Virus record (IMG/VR): IMGVR_UViG_3300005805_000439
Coordinates: 1-25,503 of that record
Strand: one strand, 5' to 3'
DNA length: 25,503 bases
DNA from: a virus
Taxonomy: Duplodnaviria > Caudoviricetes
Shown here piece after piece: positions 1-7,221 of this stretch (the stretch's first letter is position 1; every line of letters starts with the position of its first letter). The notes beneath the pieces are model-generated. The model was not told where the DNA came from. It ran no database searches and worked only from the letters and a program-made list of their open reading frames with translations. Position numbers and translations under genes: made by a program.

Positions 1-189
1 GATCTTGATGGTGAACTGATCCGGGTCGACCGTCTCGGTGCCTTCCAGGTTCTCGGCCACCCCGACCAGAGACTTGATCCGGTCCTCGATCTTGCGGCGG
101 TCTGCCGTAGCGTCAGCCTCGGCCTGCTTGGCGGCCAGCCACAACTGCGACAGTTCGTTGAGGTCGCTGGTCTTGATCTCGTCAGTCAT
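1..189 (-). CDS. Hypothetical phage early protein, N-terminal part (truncated by the window edge)
   Basis: Read manually: ATG at 189-187 overlaps the upstream TGA (ATGA), SD GGAG upstream; open to base 1: MTDEIKTSDLNELSQLWLAAKQAEADATADRRKIEDRIKSLVGVAENLEGTETVDPDQFTIKI. Confidence 0.8.
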   Translation of the reverse strand, partial: MTDEIKTSDLNELSQLWLAAKQAEADATADRRKIEDRIKSLVGVAENLEGTETVDPDQFTIKI

Positions 190-422
190 GATTGCTCTCC
201 TGTTGCTTTGGCGATGGCGGCGTGTGCCTTGCAACGCGCTTCACTGTCTTTAAGCGTGCTTGGCGTTTTGGTGAATTGCTCAAGCATGGTCTGCAGCGCC
301 TCCAGCAGATCAGGCGCTGCGGCTGCCAGCGTCCAATCCTCTTGCGTAGTCGGGCCATCCAAATCCCAATCGCTACAGCCAACGTACACGGCCTTCCACG
401 GTCCTGGCGTACGGTCGGCCAT
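186..422 (-). CDS. Small conserved phage hypothetical protein (78 aa, TPGPW...AAAPDLLEAL...AAIAKATG type)
   Basis: ATG at 422-420 overlaps the ATPase stop (TGATG); the motif pattern is typical of small phage early proteins. Confidence 0.8.
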   Translation of the reverse strand: MADRTPGPWKAVYVGCSDWDLDGPTTQEDWTLAAAAPDLLEALQTMLEQFTKTPSTLKDSEARCKAHAAIAKATGEQS

Positions 423-1096
423 CACTTGCCTCCCATCTTGGCAATGATCGCGCCCAGGTCCGGCGCTTCCCATGCCTCCAGCTTGCCGCTGCGGTCCTTG
501 GCCAGCCAGAGGCCGTCGCTGTCGCACATCAGGGCACGCTGCGTCACGCCTTCGCCATCTTTCTCGACACGTAGGGCCAGCACCTCATCGAAGAAGTAGG
601 GCAGCGCCTGGCCGGTCTTGTTGCCGGGCATCGAGGGCGCATACAGCACGCGGCCCATCTCGTCTTGCGTCTTTTCCAGCTTCGCGCTCATGTACACATG
701 GCGGCCGGGCAGGTCGCGGAAGGCGCGGATGATGTCTGCCATCTGCTCCTGCATCGCACCGTAGGCTTGCCGTGGGTCTTTGGTCGCTTTCTTCTCTGCG
801 TTGAGCACCACCTCTGCGATCTCGCTGATCGAGTCCAAGGCCACCGACTGGTACTGCTTGGCCTCGTCACTTCCAGCCAGCCAGCTGTAGGCCTCCTTCA
901 GGGTGTCCATGTCGCCAATCTCGATGAAGGGCAGGTCCGCGTCCTGGATGGACAGCAGGCCACCTTCGGCCGAGAGAACGATGGGCTTGGGCAGGGTCTT
1001 GACCAGGCTGGTCTTACCCGCACCGGCTTGCCCATACACGAGCACCTTCACACCGTTGGCAGCCAGGCTGCCGGTCGTTTTTACGTTGATTGCCAT
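422..1096 (-). CDS. AAA_24-family P-loop ATPase (Sak4-like recombination/ssDNA-annealing protein)
   Basis: Walker A GQAGAGKT, Walker B VALDS, LSAEGG and AKDRSG motifs; SD AAGGAG before ATG at 1096 (MAINVKTTG...), 224 aa. Confidence 0.85.
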   Translation of the reverse strand: MAINVKTTGSLAANGVKVLVYGQAGAGKTSLVKTLPKPIVLSAEGGLLSIQDADLPFIEIGDMDTLKEAYSWLAGSDEAKQYQSVALDSISEIAEVVLNAEKKATKDPRQAYGAMQEQMADIIRAFRDLPGRHVYMSAKLEKTQDEMGRVLYAPSMPGNKTGQALPYFFDEVLALRVEKDGEGVTQRALMCDSDGLWLAKDRSGKLEAWEAPDLGAIIAKMGGK

Positions 1097-1150
1097 CAGG
1101 CATCTCCTTCTTGGTTGCTGCGCCTTCGGCCAATTCCGTTCGCACAGTGC

Positions 1151-1179
1151 TTGCAACTTTACTCGACAGTGGTTAGGAT
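1151..1179 (+). promoter_or_regulatory. Putative rightward sigma70 promoter
   Basis: TTGCAA (1151-1156), 17 bp spacer, TAGGAT (1174-1179), upstream of the HTH/primase operon. Confidence 0.6.
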
Positions 1180-1184
1180 TGCAA
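1156..1184 (-). promoter_or_regulatory. Putative leftward sigma70 promoter
   Basis: Minus strand TTGCAA (1184-1179), 17 bp spacer, TAAAGT (1161-1156), upstream of the ATPase operon. Confidence 0.6.
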
Positions 1185-1220
1185 CATCTAAACACAAATT
1201 TTTTCCAAAAGAGGTGAAAA

Positions 1221-1406
1221 ATGCCTGAACTTGAGAAGCTGAGGCAATTGCTATCAGACAGAAACATCCAAGCTGTGGCCCGAGGCGCAGGCGTCCATCC
1301 GAACGTGCTCTACCGGCTGATGGCTGGGGCAACCAGCCCCAGGTATGAAACGGTCCAGCGAGTGATGGCGTACCTGAGCCGTCAGGAGGCCACAACGAAT
1401 GGCTGA
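1221..1406 (+). CDS. Cro/XRE-like helix-turn-helix regulator (61 aa)
   Basis: IQAVARGAGVHPNVLYRLMAGATSPRYETVQRV fits an XRE HTH; SD GAGGTG; first gene of the divergent operon. Confidence 0.85.
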   Translation: MPELEKLRQLLSDRNIQAVARGAGVHPNVLYRLMAGATSPRYETVQRVMAYLSRQEATTNG

Positions 1407-3417
1407 CCTGTCCAAAGTGCTCGGCGGCCCATGGTCGCCACCCCCAGAAAAACGCATCGCACCACCCGAGGAACAACTGATCGACGCCATCCGGGCGGCT
1501 GGGCTGGAACCGCCAGACCACATCGTCATGGACGGCAAGATCCACCGCTTCAAGTCCGGCACCAAGGGCAGCGGCAACAAGGGCGGCGACAAGCCGGGCT
1601 GGTACCTGATCTTTGGTGACGGTGTCCCGGCCGGGCGCTTTGGATGCTGGCGCTTGGGGTTTGAATCACCCTGGCGCGCGGACGTTGGCCGCAAGCTGAC
1701 GGCCACCGAGGAAATGGCTCACGCCAAGCGCATTGCGGAGGCCAAGGCGATCCGAGACGCGGAACTCGAGCGCCAGCACGAGGTGGCCTCGGCCACCGTC
1801 GAGACCATCTGGCAGCAGGCCCAGGCGGCCCACCCGGACCACCCATACCTGACCCGCAAGGGCATCGGCGTGCATGGCGCGCGCGTGACCGGCGACGGTC
1901 GCCTGGTGGTGCCCCTGTATGGCCTGGACGGCGGCCTCTCCAGCCTGCAGTACATCAGCCACGACGGCAGCAAGCTCTACCACCCTGGCGGCCAGACAGG
2001 CGGCAAGTTCTGGATGCTGGGCACCATGGACGAGCCGGGCACGCTGTTTGTGGCCGAGGGCTTTGCCACCGCAGCGACCATCCACGAGACCACCAGCAGG
2101 CCGGTGGTGGTGGCATACAGCGCCAGCAACCTGGTGCCGGTCACTGGTACCCTGCGCGAGATGTACGGCGCGACCCAGGACCTTGTGATCGTGGCTGACC
2201 ACGACGCATCTGGGGTTGGCCAACGCTATGCGGAGCAGGCCTCGGCCAAGTTCGGCGCGCGCATGGTCATGCCTCCCCTGCAAGGGGATGCCAACGATTA
2301 TGCGCAGGCCGGGCACGACTTGGCCAGCCTGCTGCTGCCACCCGACGACGACTGGCTGATCCCGGCCGACGACTTTTCGGCCCAGCCAGCCCCCATCTCC
2401 TGGCTGGTCAAGCGCTGGGTTCAGGACCAGGCGCTGATCATGGTTCACGGCCCATCGGGCGGCGGCAAGACCTTTGTGGTTTTGGACTGGTGCCTGCGCA
2501 TGGCCAGCGGCATGGCCGAGTGGTGCGGCCAGAAGGTGCGGCACGGCAATGTGGTCTACCTGGCCGGTGAAGGCCACCACGGCCTGCGCGGCCGGATCGC
2601 TGCCTGGAAGCACCACCACCGAGCCGGGCACCTGTCCATGTGGCTGTCCAAGGACGGCTGCGACCTCAACACCCCCACCGGCTACCTCAAGGTGGTCGAA
2701 CAGGTACGGATGCTGCCCAGCACCCCGAAGGTGATCGTGGTCGACACCCTGCACCGCTTCTTGGCCGGTGACGAGAACAGCGCTCAAGACGCCAAGACCA
2801 TGCTGGACGCCTGCAACAGCCTAATGAACGAGTTTCGCTGCAGCGTGATCCTGGTCCACCACACCGGCGTGGCCGAGGAAGCCCAGCACCGGGCACGCGG
2901 CTCGAGCGCCTGGCGCGGTGCACTGGATATCGAGATCAGCATCGTCCCAGGCAAGGACGGCGTGCCCATGCAGATCGTGCAGCGCAAGTCCAAGGACGCA
3001 GAACTGGCCCAGACGGTCCACGTGGAGTTGCAGCAGGTCACCATCCCCGGATGGATGGACGAGGACGAGCAGCCGGTCACATCGGCCGTTGTGGTCGAAG
3101 CAGCGGCCCCTGTGACGGCCAAAAAGGACAGCAAGGTGGACAGCCACCGCAAGACCTTCGAAAACGCCTGGTGGGCCTCTGGTGCCGAGGAACGCAACGG
3201 CCAGCCCTACCTCAGTCGCTCGGCCATGGTCGACTACCTGGTCCAGAAGATGGACGTCAGCGAGGCCTCGGCCAAGGTTTACATCAAGCCGAGCGCCACA
3301 GGCAAACCCATTGCAGACCTGCTGGTGGCCGAGATCATCGAGGCCTTCGAGCACGGCTGGGTGGTCATCGACGACACCCAGGCAAGCTCGATGCTGATCC
3401 GGAAGTCGGAGCGCTGA
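1399..3417 (+). CDS. Primase-helicase fusion (TOPRIM primase plus RepA/AAA_25-type helicase, possible C-terminal winged helix)
   Basis: TOPRIM motifs VAEGFATA, VADHD and DAND; Walker A GPSGGGKT, YLAGEG, Walker B VIVVDT, ILVHHTG, ARGSSAWRGALD; SD AGGAGG. Confidence 0.9.
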   Translation: MADLSKVLGGPWSPPPEKRIAPPEEQLIDAIRAAGLEPPDHIVMDGKIHRFKSGTKGSGNKGGDKPGWYLIFGDGVPAGRFGCWRLGFESPWRADVGRKLTATEEMAHAKRIAEAKAIRDAELERQHEVASATVETIWQQAQAAHPDHPYLTRKGIGVHGARVTGDGRLVVPLYGLDGGLSSLQYISHDGSKLYHPGGQTGGKFWMLGTMDEPGTLFVAEGFATAATIHETTSRPVVVAYSASNLVPVTGTLREMYGATQDLVIVADHDASGVGQRYAEQASAKFGARMVMPPLQGDANDYAQAGHDLASLLLPPDDDWLIPADDFSAQPAPISWLVKRWVQDQALIMVHGPSGGGKTFVVLDWCLRMASGMAEWCGQKVRHGNVVYLAGEGHHGLRGRIAAWKHHHRAGHLSMWLSKDGCDLNTPTGYLKVVEQVRMLPSTPKVIVVDTLHRFLAGDENSAQDAKTMLDACNSLMNEFRCSVILVHHTGVAEEAQHRARGSSAWRGALDIEISIVPGKDGVPMQIVQRKSKDAELAQTVHVELQQVTIPGWMDEDEQPVTSAVVVEAAAPVTAKKDSKVDSHRKTFENAWWASGAEERNGQPYLSRSAMVDYLVQKMDVSEASAKVYIKPSATGKPIADLLVAEIIEAFEHGWVVIDDTQASSMLIRKSER

Positions 3418-3423
3418 GATGAG

Positions 3424-3623
3424 TTATCCACAGACTTATCCACAGCCCCAGGAAGGGAACAAGGGAACGGAACGGAAAAAAACGGAATGCAGTTCCCTGG
3501 GCAAAACAGCGGAAAAAGGGAACGGAACGGAACACACACCTTTAGGTGTGTTCCCAGTTCCCTTCCGATGCGGCGAACTTCCATGCCGTGGGCGTGTGAG
3601 AATGTGAGAAAAAGTTATCCACA
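3424..3623. promoter_or_regulatory. Putative replication origin: 3 DnaA boxes, GGAAC iterons and a hairpin
   Basis: TTATCCACA at 3424-3432, 3436-3444 and 3615-3623; GGAAC x6 direct and GTTCC x3 inverted; non-coding gap right after the primase-helicase. Confidence 0.75.
3461..3532 (+). repeat. 17-bp perfect direct repeat AAGGGAACGGAACGGAA
   Basis: Copies at 3461-3477 and 3516-3532, 55 bp apart. Confidence 0.9.
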
Positions 3624-3633
3624 GGAGAAAGCA

Positions 3634-3918
3634 GTGAGCGACACCACCAACATCAACGAGATGCTCGATGGCCGGGCGAACAGGTACGGCACCTTCATCG
3701 GGCACGCCAACATCAGCCAGTACCTGAAGGACGCAATGCGTCGTTTGGAAAAATGGGACTCTTTGGTCGATGACCAAAAGGAAGCCCTGGAGATGATCCA
3801 GCACAAGGTCGCGCGCATCCTCAACGGCGATCCGACCTACTCGGACAACTGGATCGATATCGCTGGCTACGCCACCTTGGTGGCGAACCGACTGGAAAAA
3901 GAGGAGAATAGGGCATGA
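3634..3918 (+). CDS. DUF6378-like phage protein (94 aa)
   Basis: GTG start 3634 after SD AGGAG; R-x3-YG, HKVARIL and DNWIDIAGYA motifs. Confidence 0.75.
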   Translation: MSDTTNINEMLDGRANRYGTFIGHANISQYLKDAMRRLEKWDSLVDDQKEALEMIQHKVARILNGDPTYSDNWIDIAGYATLVANRLEKEENRA

Positions 3919-4040
3919 CCACAATTTCACACAAAACCAACTTGATCGGCACGATGCTGATCGGCGTGGTGATCGGAATGAACGGCTGGTGGTGGGCTGC
4001 CGCAGCCCTTGCCCTGGCGATTGCCTGGAGGGGCGAATGA
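3915..4040 (+). CDS. Small hydrophobic membrane peptide (41 aa), not in the ORF track
   Basis: MTTISHKTNLIGTMLIGVVIGMNGWWWAAAALALAIAWRGE; SD GAGGAG at 3901-3906; ATGA overlaps at both ends fill the gap exactly. Confidence 0.75.
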   Translation: MTTISHKTNLIGTMLIGVVIGMNGWWWAAAALALAIAWRGE

Positions 4041-5296
4041 GCAAGAAGAACAACCCGGCCGACAAGGTCGAGCAGTGGCCCATCGAAAAGTTGGTGCCCT
4101 ACGCCAAGAACTCGCGCACGCACTCCGAGGACCAGATCGCACAACTGGCGGCCAGCATCAAGGAGTGGGGCTTCACCTCGGCCATCTTGGTGGACGAGGA
4201 CGGCGGCATCATTGCCGGTCATGGTCGCGTGATGGCCGCGCGTAAGCTGGGGCTGGCATCATTGCCGGTCATGGTCGCTGCAGGCTGGAGCGAGGCTCAA
4301 AAGCGCGCCTACGTCATCGCGGACAACAAGCTGGCGCTGAACGCTGGCTGGGACAACGAGTTGCTGGCGCTGGAGTTGGCCGAACTCGATGGCCTGGGCT
4401 TTGACGTTGAACTGACCGGCTTCTCCGACGAGGAAATCAAAGCCCTGATGCCGGTGGAAGTGACCGAGGGGCTGACCGACCCAGACGATGCCCCGGCCGT
4501 GCAGGAAAACCCGGTCACCGTGCCTGGTGACGTCTGGGTGATGGGAAAGCACCGGCTGCTGTGCGGCGACTCGACCAGCGTCGATGACCTGGCCAAGCTG
4601 ACCCAGGGCAGCCTGGTGGACATGTGGCTGACCGATCCGCCTTACAACGTGGCTTACGAGGGCGGCACGAAGGAGAAGCTGACCATCAAGAACGACTCGA
4701 TGGGCGACGACCAGTTCCGGCAGTTCCTGCGCGATGCTTACACGGCGGCCGACACGGTCATGAAACCTGGCGCGGTCTTCTACATCTGGCACGCGGACAG
4801 CGAGGGCTACAACTTCCGTGGCGCAGCCAAGGACGCTGGCTGGACCGTGCGGCAGTGCCTGATCTGGAAAAAGTCCAGCATGGTGCTTGGACGACAGGAC
4901 TACCAGTGGAAACACGAGCCGTGCCTGTACGGCTGGAAGGACGGCGCTGGTCACCTCTGGGCAGCAGACCGAAAGCAGACGACCATCCTGGAGTTCGACA
5001 AGCCAGCGCGCAACGGTGAGCATCCGACCATGAAGCCGGTGGCCCTGTTCGAGTACCAACTGCTGAACAACACGAAGGGCGGCGATATCGTGCTCGACTC
5101 GTTTGGCGGATCGGGCACGACCCTGATCGCTGCCGAGAAGAACGGCCGCACGGCCATGATCATGGAACTGGACCCACGCTACTGTGACGTCATCGTCAAG
5201 CGCTGGCAGGAGTTCACTGGCAAGCAGGCAACACACGCAGAAACTGGAAAGCCTTTCGCGGAGGTTAAAAATGGCAACGAAAAAGCAGAAAGCTGA
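4037..5296 (+). CDS. ParB/Srx N-terminal domain fused to a beta-class N6-adenine/N4-cytosine DNA methyltransferase
   Basis: ParB motifs IIAGHGR and IADNKL; MTase motifs TDPPY, HPTMKP and DSFGGSGTT in beta order; start ATG 4037 (MSKKNNP), 419 aa. Confidence 0.92.
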   Translation: MSKKNNPADKVEQWPIEKLVPYAKNSRTHSEDQIAQLAASIKEWGFTSAILVDEDGGIIAGHGRVMAARKLGLASLPVMVAAGWSEAQKRAYVIADNKLALNAGWDNELLALELAELDGLGFDVELTGFSDEEIKALMPVEVTEGLTDPDDAPAVQENPVTVPGDVWVMGKHRLLCGDSTSVDDLAKLTQGSLVDMWLTDPPYNVAYEGGTKEKLTIKNDSMGDDQFRQFLRDAYTAADTVMKPGAVFYIWHADSEGYNFRGAAKDAGWTVRQCLIWKKSSMVLGRQDYQWKHEPCLYGWKDGAGHLWAADRKQTTILEFDKPARNGEHPTMKPVALFEYQLLNNTKGGDIVLDSFGGSGTTLIAAEKNGRTAMIMELDPRYCDVIVKRWQEFTGKQATHAETGKPFAEVKNGNEKAES

Positions 5297-5747
5297 AACT
5301 GAAAATTCGGTCACAAAAAAGCGCGGCCCGAACGGCGGCGCTCGTCCTGGGGCTGGGCGCAAGCCTTTTGAGCCGACCGATGCCGAGCGCAAACAGGTCG
5401 AAGCCCTGTCCGGCTACGGACTGCCCATCGAGCAGATCGCAGTCCTGGTGCGCGACGGCATTGACACCGACACCCTACGCAAGCACTTTGCCCAGGAACT
5501 GATCTCGGGCAAGGCCAAGGCAAACGGACAGGTAGGGAAAACCCTATTCCAGAAGGTCATGGCAGGCGACACCACGGCGGCCATTTGGTGGTCCAAGACC
5601 CAGATGCGCTGGAAGGAAGTGCAGCAGCACGAGATCACCGGCAAAGACGGCGCACCGATCCAGGTGGCGACCATCGACGTCTCGAAGATTTCCACCGAGG
5701 CGCTGGCCGAAATCATGGCGGCGAGAGATGCAACTGACGCAAGCTGA
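5271..5747 (+). CDS. terS: Terminase small subunit
   Basis: SD GGAGG then ATG 5271; GGARPGAGRK, HTH-like LPIEQIA...DTLRKH, AAIWWSK and EITGKDGAPI; immediately upstream of terL. Confidence 0.8.
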   Translation: MATKKQKAETENSVTKKRGPNGGARPGAGRKPFEPTDAERKQVEALSGYGLPIEQIAVLVRDGIDTDTLRKHFAQELISGKAKANGQVGKTLFQKVMAGDTTAAIWWSKTQMRWKEVQQHEITGKDGAPIQVATIDVSKISTEALAEIMAARDATDAS

Positions 5748-7194
5748 CCTGCTGGCCATCGAGCGCGAGTTATGCAGGCGCAGCCTGGCAGAGTTTGCCA
5801 AGCGCGCCTGGCGCGTGCTCGAACCGGCTGCCGAACTGAAGTGGGGCTGGGCGCTGGACGCCATCTGCATGCATCTGGAAGCAGTGACCAAGGGCGAGAT
5901 CACCCGGCTGCTGATGAACGTGCCACCCGGCTCGATGAAGTCGCTTCTGACCGGCGTCATTTGGCCAGCCTGGGAGTGGGGACCGCGCGGCCTGCCAGAG
6001 ATGCGCTTTGTCGGCACGGCCCACGAGGAGCAACTGGCCATCCGAGACAGCAGGCGCTGCCGCGACCTGATCAAGTCCGACTGGTACCAGCGGCTTTGGC
6101 CCATCGAACTGCTGGCCGACCTGGACGGCAAGCGCGAGTTCGGCAACACGAAAAAGGGCGTGCGCCAGGCACGCGCCTTCACCTCCATGACTGGCGTGCG
6201 TGGCGACAGGGTCATCCTGGACGACCCGATCAGCGCGGACAACGCCAACAGCCAGGCCAAGCTGGAGGCCGCACGCATTGCCTTCACCGAGACGCTGCCC
6301 ACCCGAATCAACTCGGACAAGTCGGCCATCGTGGTCATCATGCAGCGCCTGAACGAGAAGGACATTTCCGGCGTCATCCTGGAGATGGGCCTGCCCTACG
6401 TGCACCTCTGCATCCCCATGCGCTTTGAGCCAGAGCGGCGAAGCACCACGGCCATCGGCTGGTCCGACCCACGGACCGAGGAAGGCGAGTTGATGTTTCC
6501 CGAGCGCTTTGGCGAGGAACAGGTGACCGAGTTGGAAAAGACCCTGGGCACCTATGGCGCGGCCGGGCAACTGCAACAGCGGCCAGCCCCGCGCGGCGGA
6601 GGCATCATCAACACCGAGTGGTTCACCTACTGGAAGGCCGTGCCGCAGTTGGAGTTCCGCTTCATCACGGTGGACACGGCCCAGAAGACGGCCGAGCAAA
6701 ACGACTGGTCGGTCATGCAAGCCTGGGCGCGCTCCAGCACCGGCAAGGCCGTGAAGCTCGACCAGGTGCGCGGCAAGTGGGAGGCTCCCGAGTTGCTGGT
6801 GCAAGCGCGCGCCTTCTGGATGAAGCACCTGGGCGACCAGCGGCCGCTGTGCCAGAAGGCGGCCATGCGCGGCATGTACGTCGAGGACAAGGTCTCGGGC
6901 ACCGGCCTGATCCAGACTCTGCGGCGCGAGGGCATCCCGGTGGTGCCGGTGCAGCGCAGCAAGGACAAGATCAGCCGTGGCTACGATGCGGCCCCGTTCA
7001 TCGAGTCCGGAAACGTGGCCCTGCCCGAGGACGCGCCTTGGCTGTCAGACTTCCTGGCCGAGGTGGCCAGCTTCCCGGCTGGAGCGCACGACGACCAGCT
7101 TGACCCCATGTTCGACGCCATCAACCTGGTGCAGCGTTTGCCTGCGGTCAAGTCCCACAACTTCACACCATTGCCAGTCATGCACAAATGGTGA
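5728..7194 (+). CDS. terL: Terminase large subunit
   Basis: Walker A-like NVPPGSMKS, Walker B VILDDP, IMQR, nuclease motifs ITVDTA, VEDKVSG and HDDQLD. Confidence 0.95.
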   Translation: MQLTQADLLAIERELCRRSLAEFAKRAWRVLEPAAELKWGWALDAICMHLEAVTKGEITRLLMNVPPGSMKSLLTGVIWPAWEWGPRGLPEMRFVGTAHEEQLAIRDSRRCRDLIKSDWYQRLWPIELLADLDGKREFGNTKKGVRQARAFTSMTGVRGDRVILDDPISADNANSQAKLEAARIAFTETLPTRINSDKSAIVVIMQRLNEKDISGVILEMGLPYVHLCIPMRFEPERRSTTAIGWSDPRTEEGELMFPERFGEEQVTELEKTLGTYGAAGQLQQRPAPRGGGIINTEWFTYWKAVPQLEFRFITVDTAQKTAEQNDWSVMQAWARSSTGKAVKLDQVRGKWEAPELLVQARAFWMKHLGDQRPLCQKAAMRGMYVEDKVSGTGLIQTLRREGIPVVPVQRSKDKISRGYDAAPFIESGNVALPEDAPWLSDFLAEVASFPAGAHDDQLDPMFDAINLVQRLPAVKSHNFTPLPVMHKW

Positions 7195-7221
7195 GAGAAT
7201 ATTGCAAAGTGAGGAGCGCCC

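Noticed and set aside
1134-1141. Single iteron-like GAACGGAA on the minus strand in the leftward leader
   Set aside because: One 8-mer match is plausible by chance in 25 kb; only conservation data could rescue it
1097-1267. Long N-terminal extensions in the ORF track for the ATPase (also for the MTase, terS and cupin)
   Set aside because: They run through promoters or upstream genes; downstream ATGs have clear SD sequences
3451-3566. Possible CRISPR array or DGR repeat
   Set aside because: Repeats are 5-17 bp without regular unique spacers; no cas or reverse transcriptase gene in the window
3419-3633. ORF 3419..3607 and the N-terminal extension of 3487..3918
   Set aside because: They translate the DnaA-box/iteron repeats; the SD-supported start is GTG 3634
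5271-5747. pac site within terS
   Set aside because: Expected by analogy with P22, but no distinctive sequence could be identified by eye
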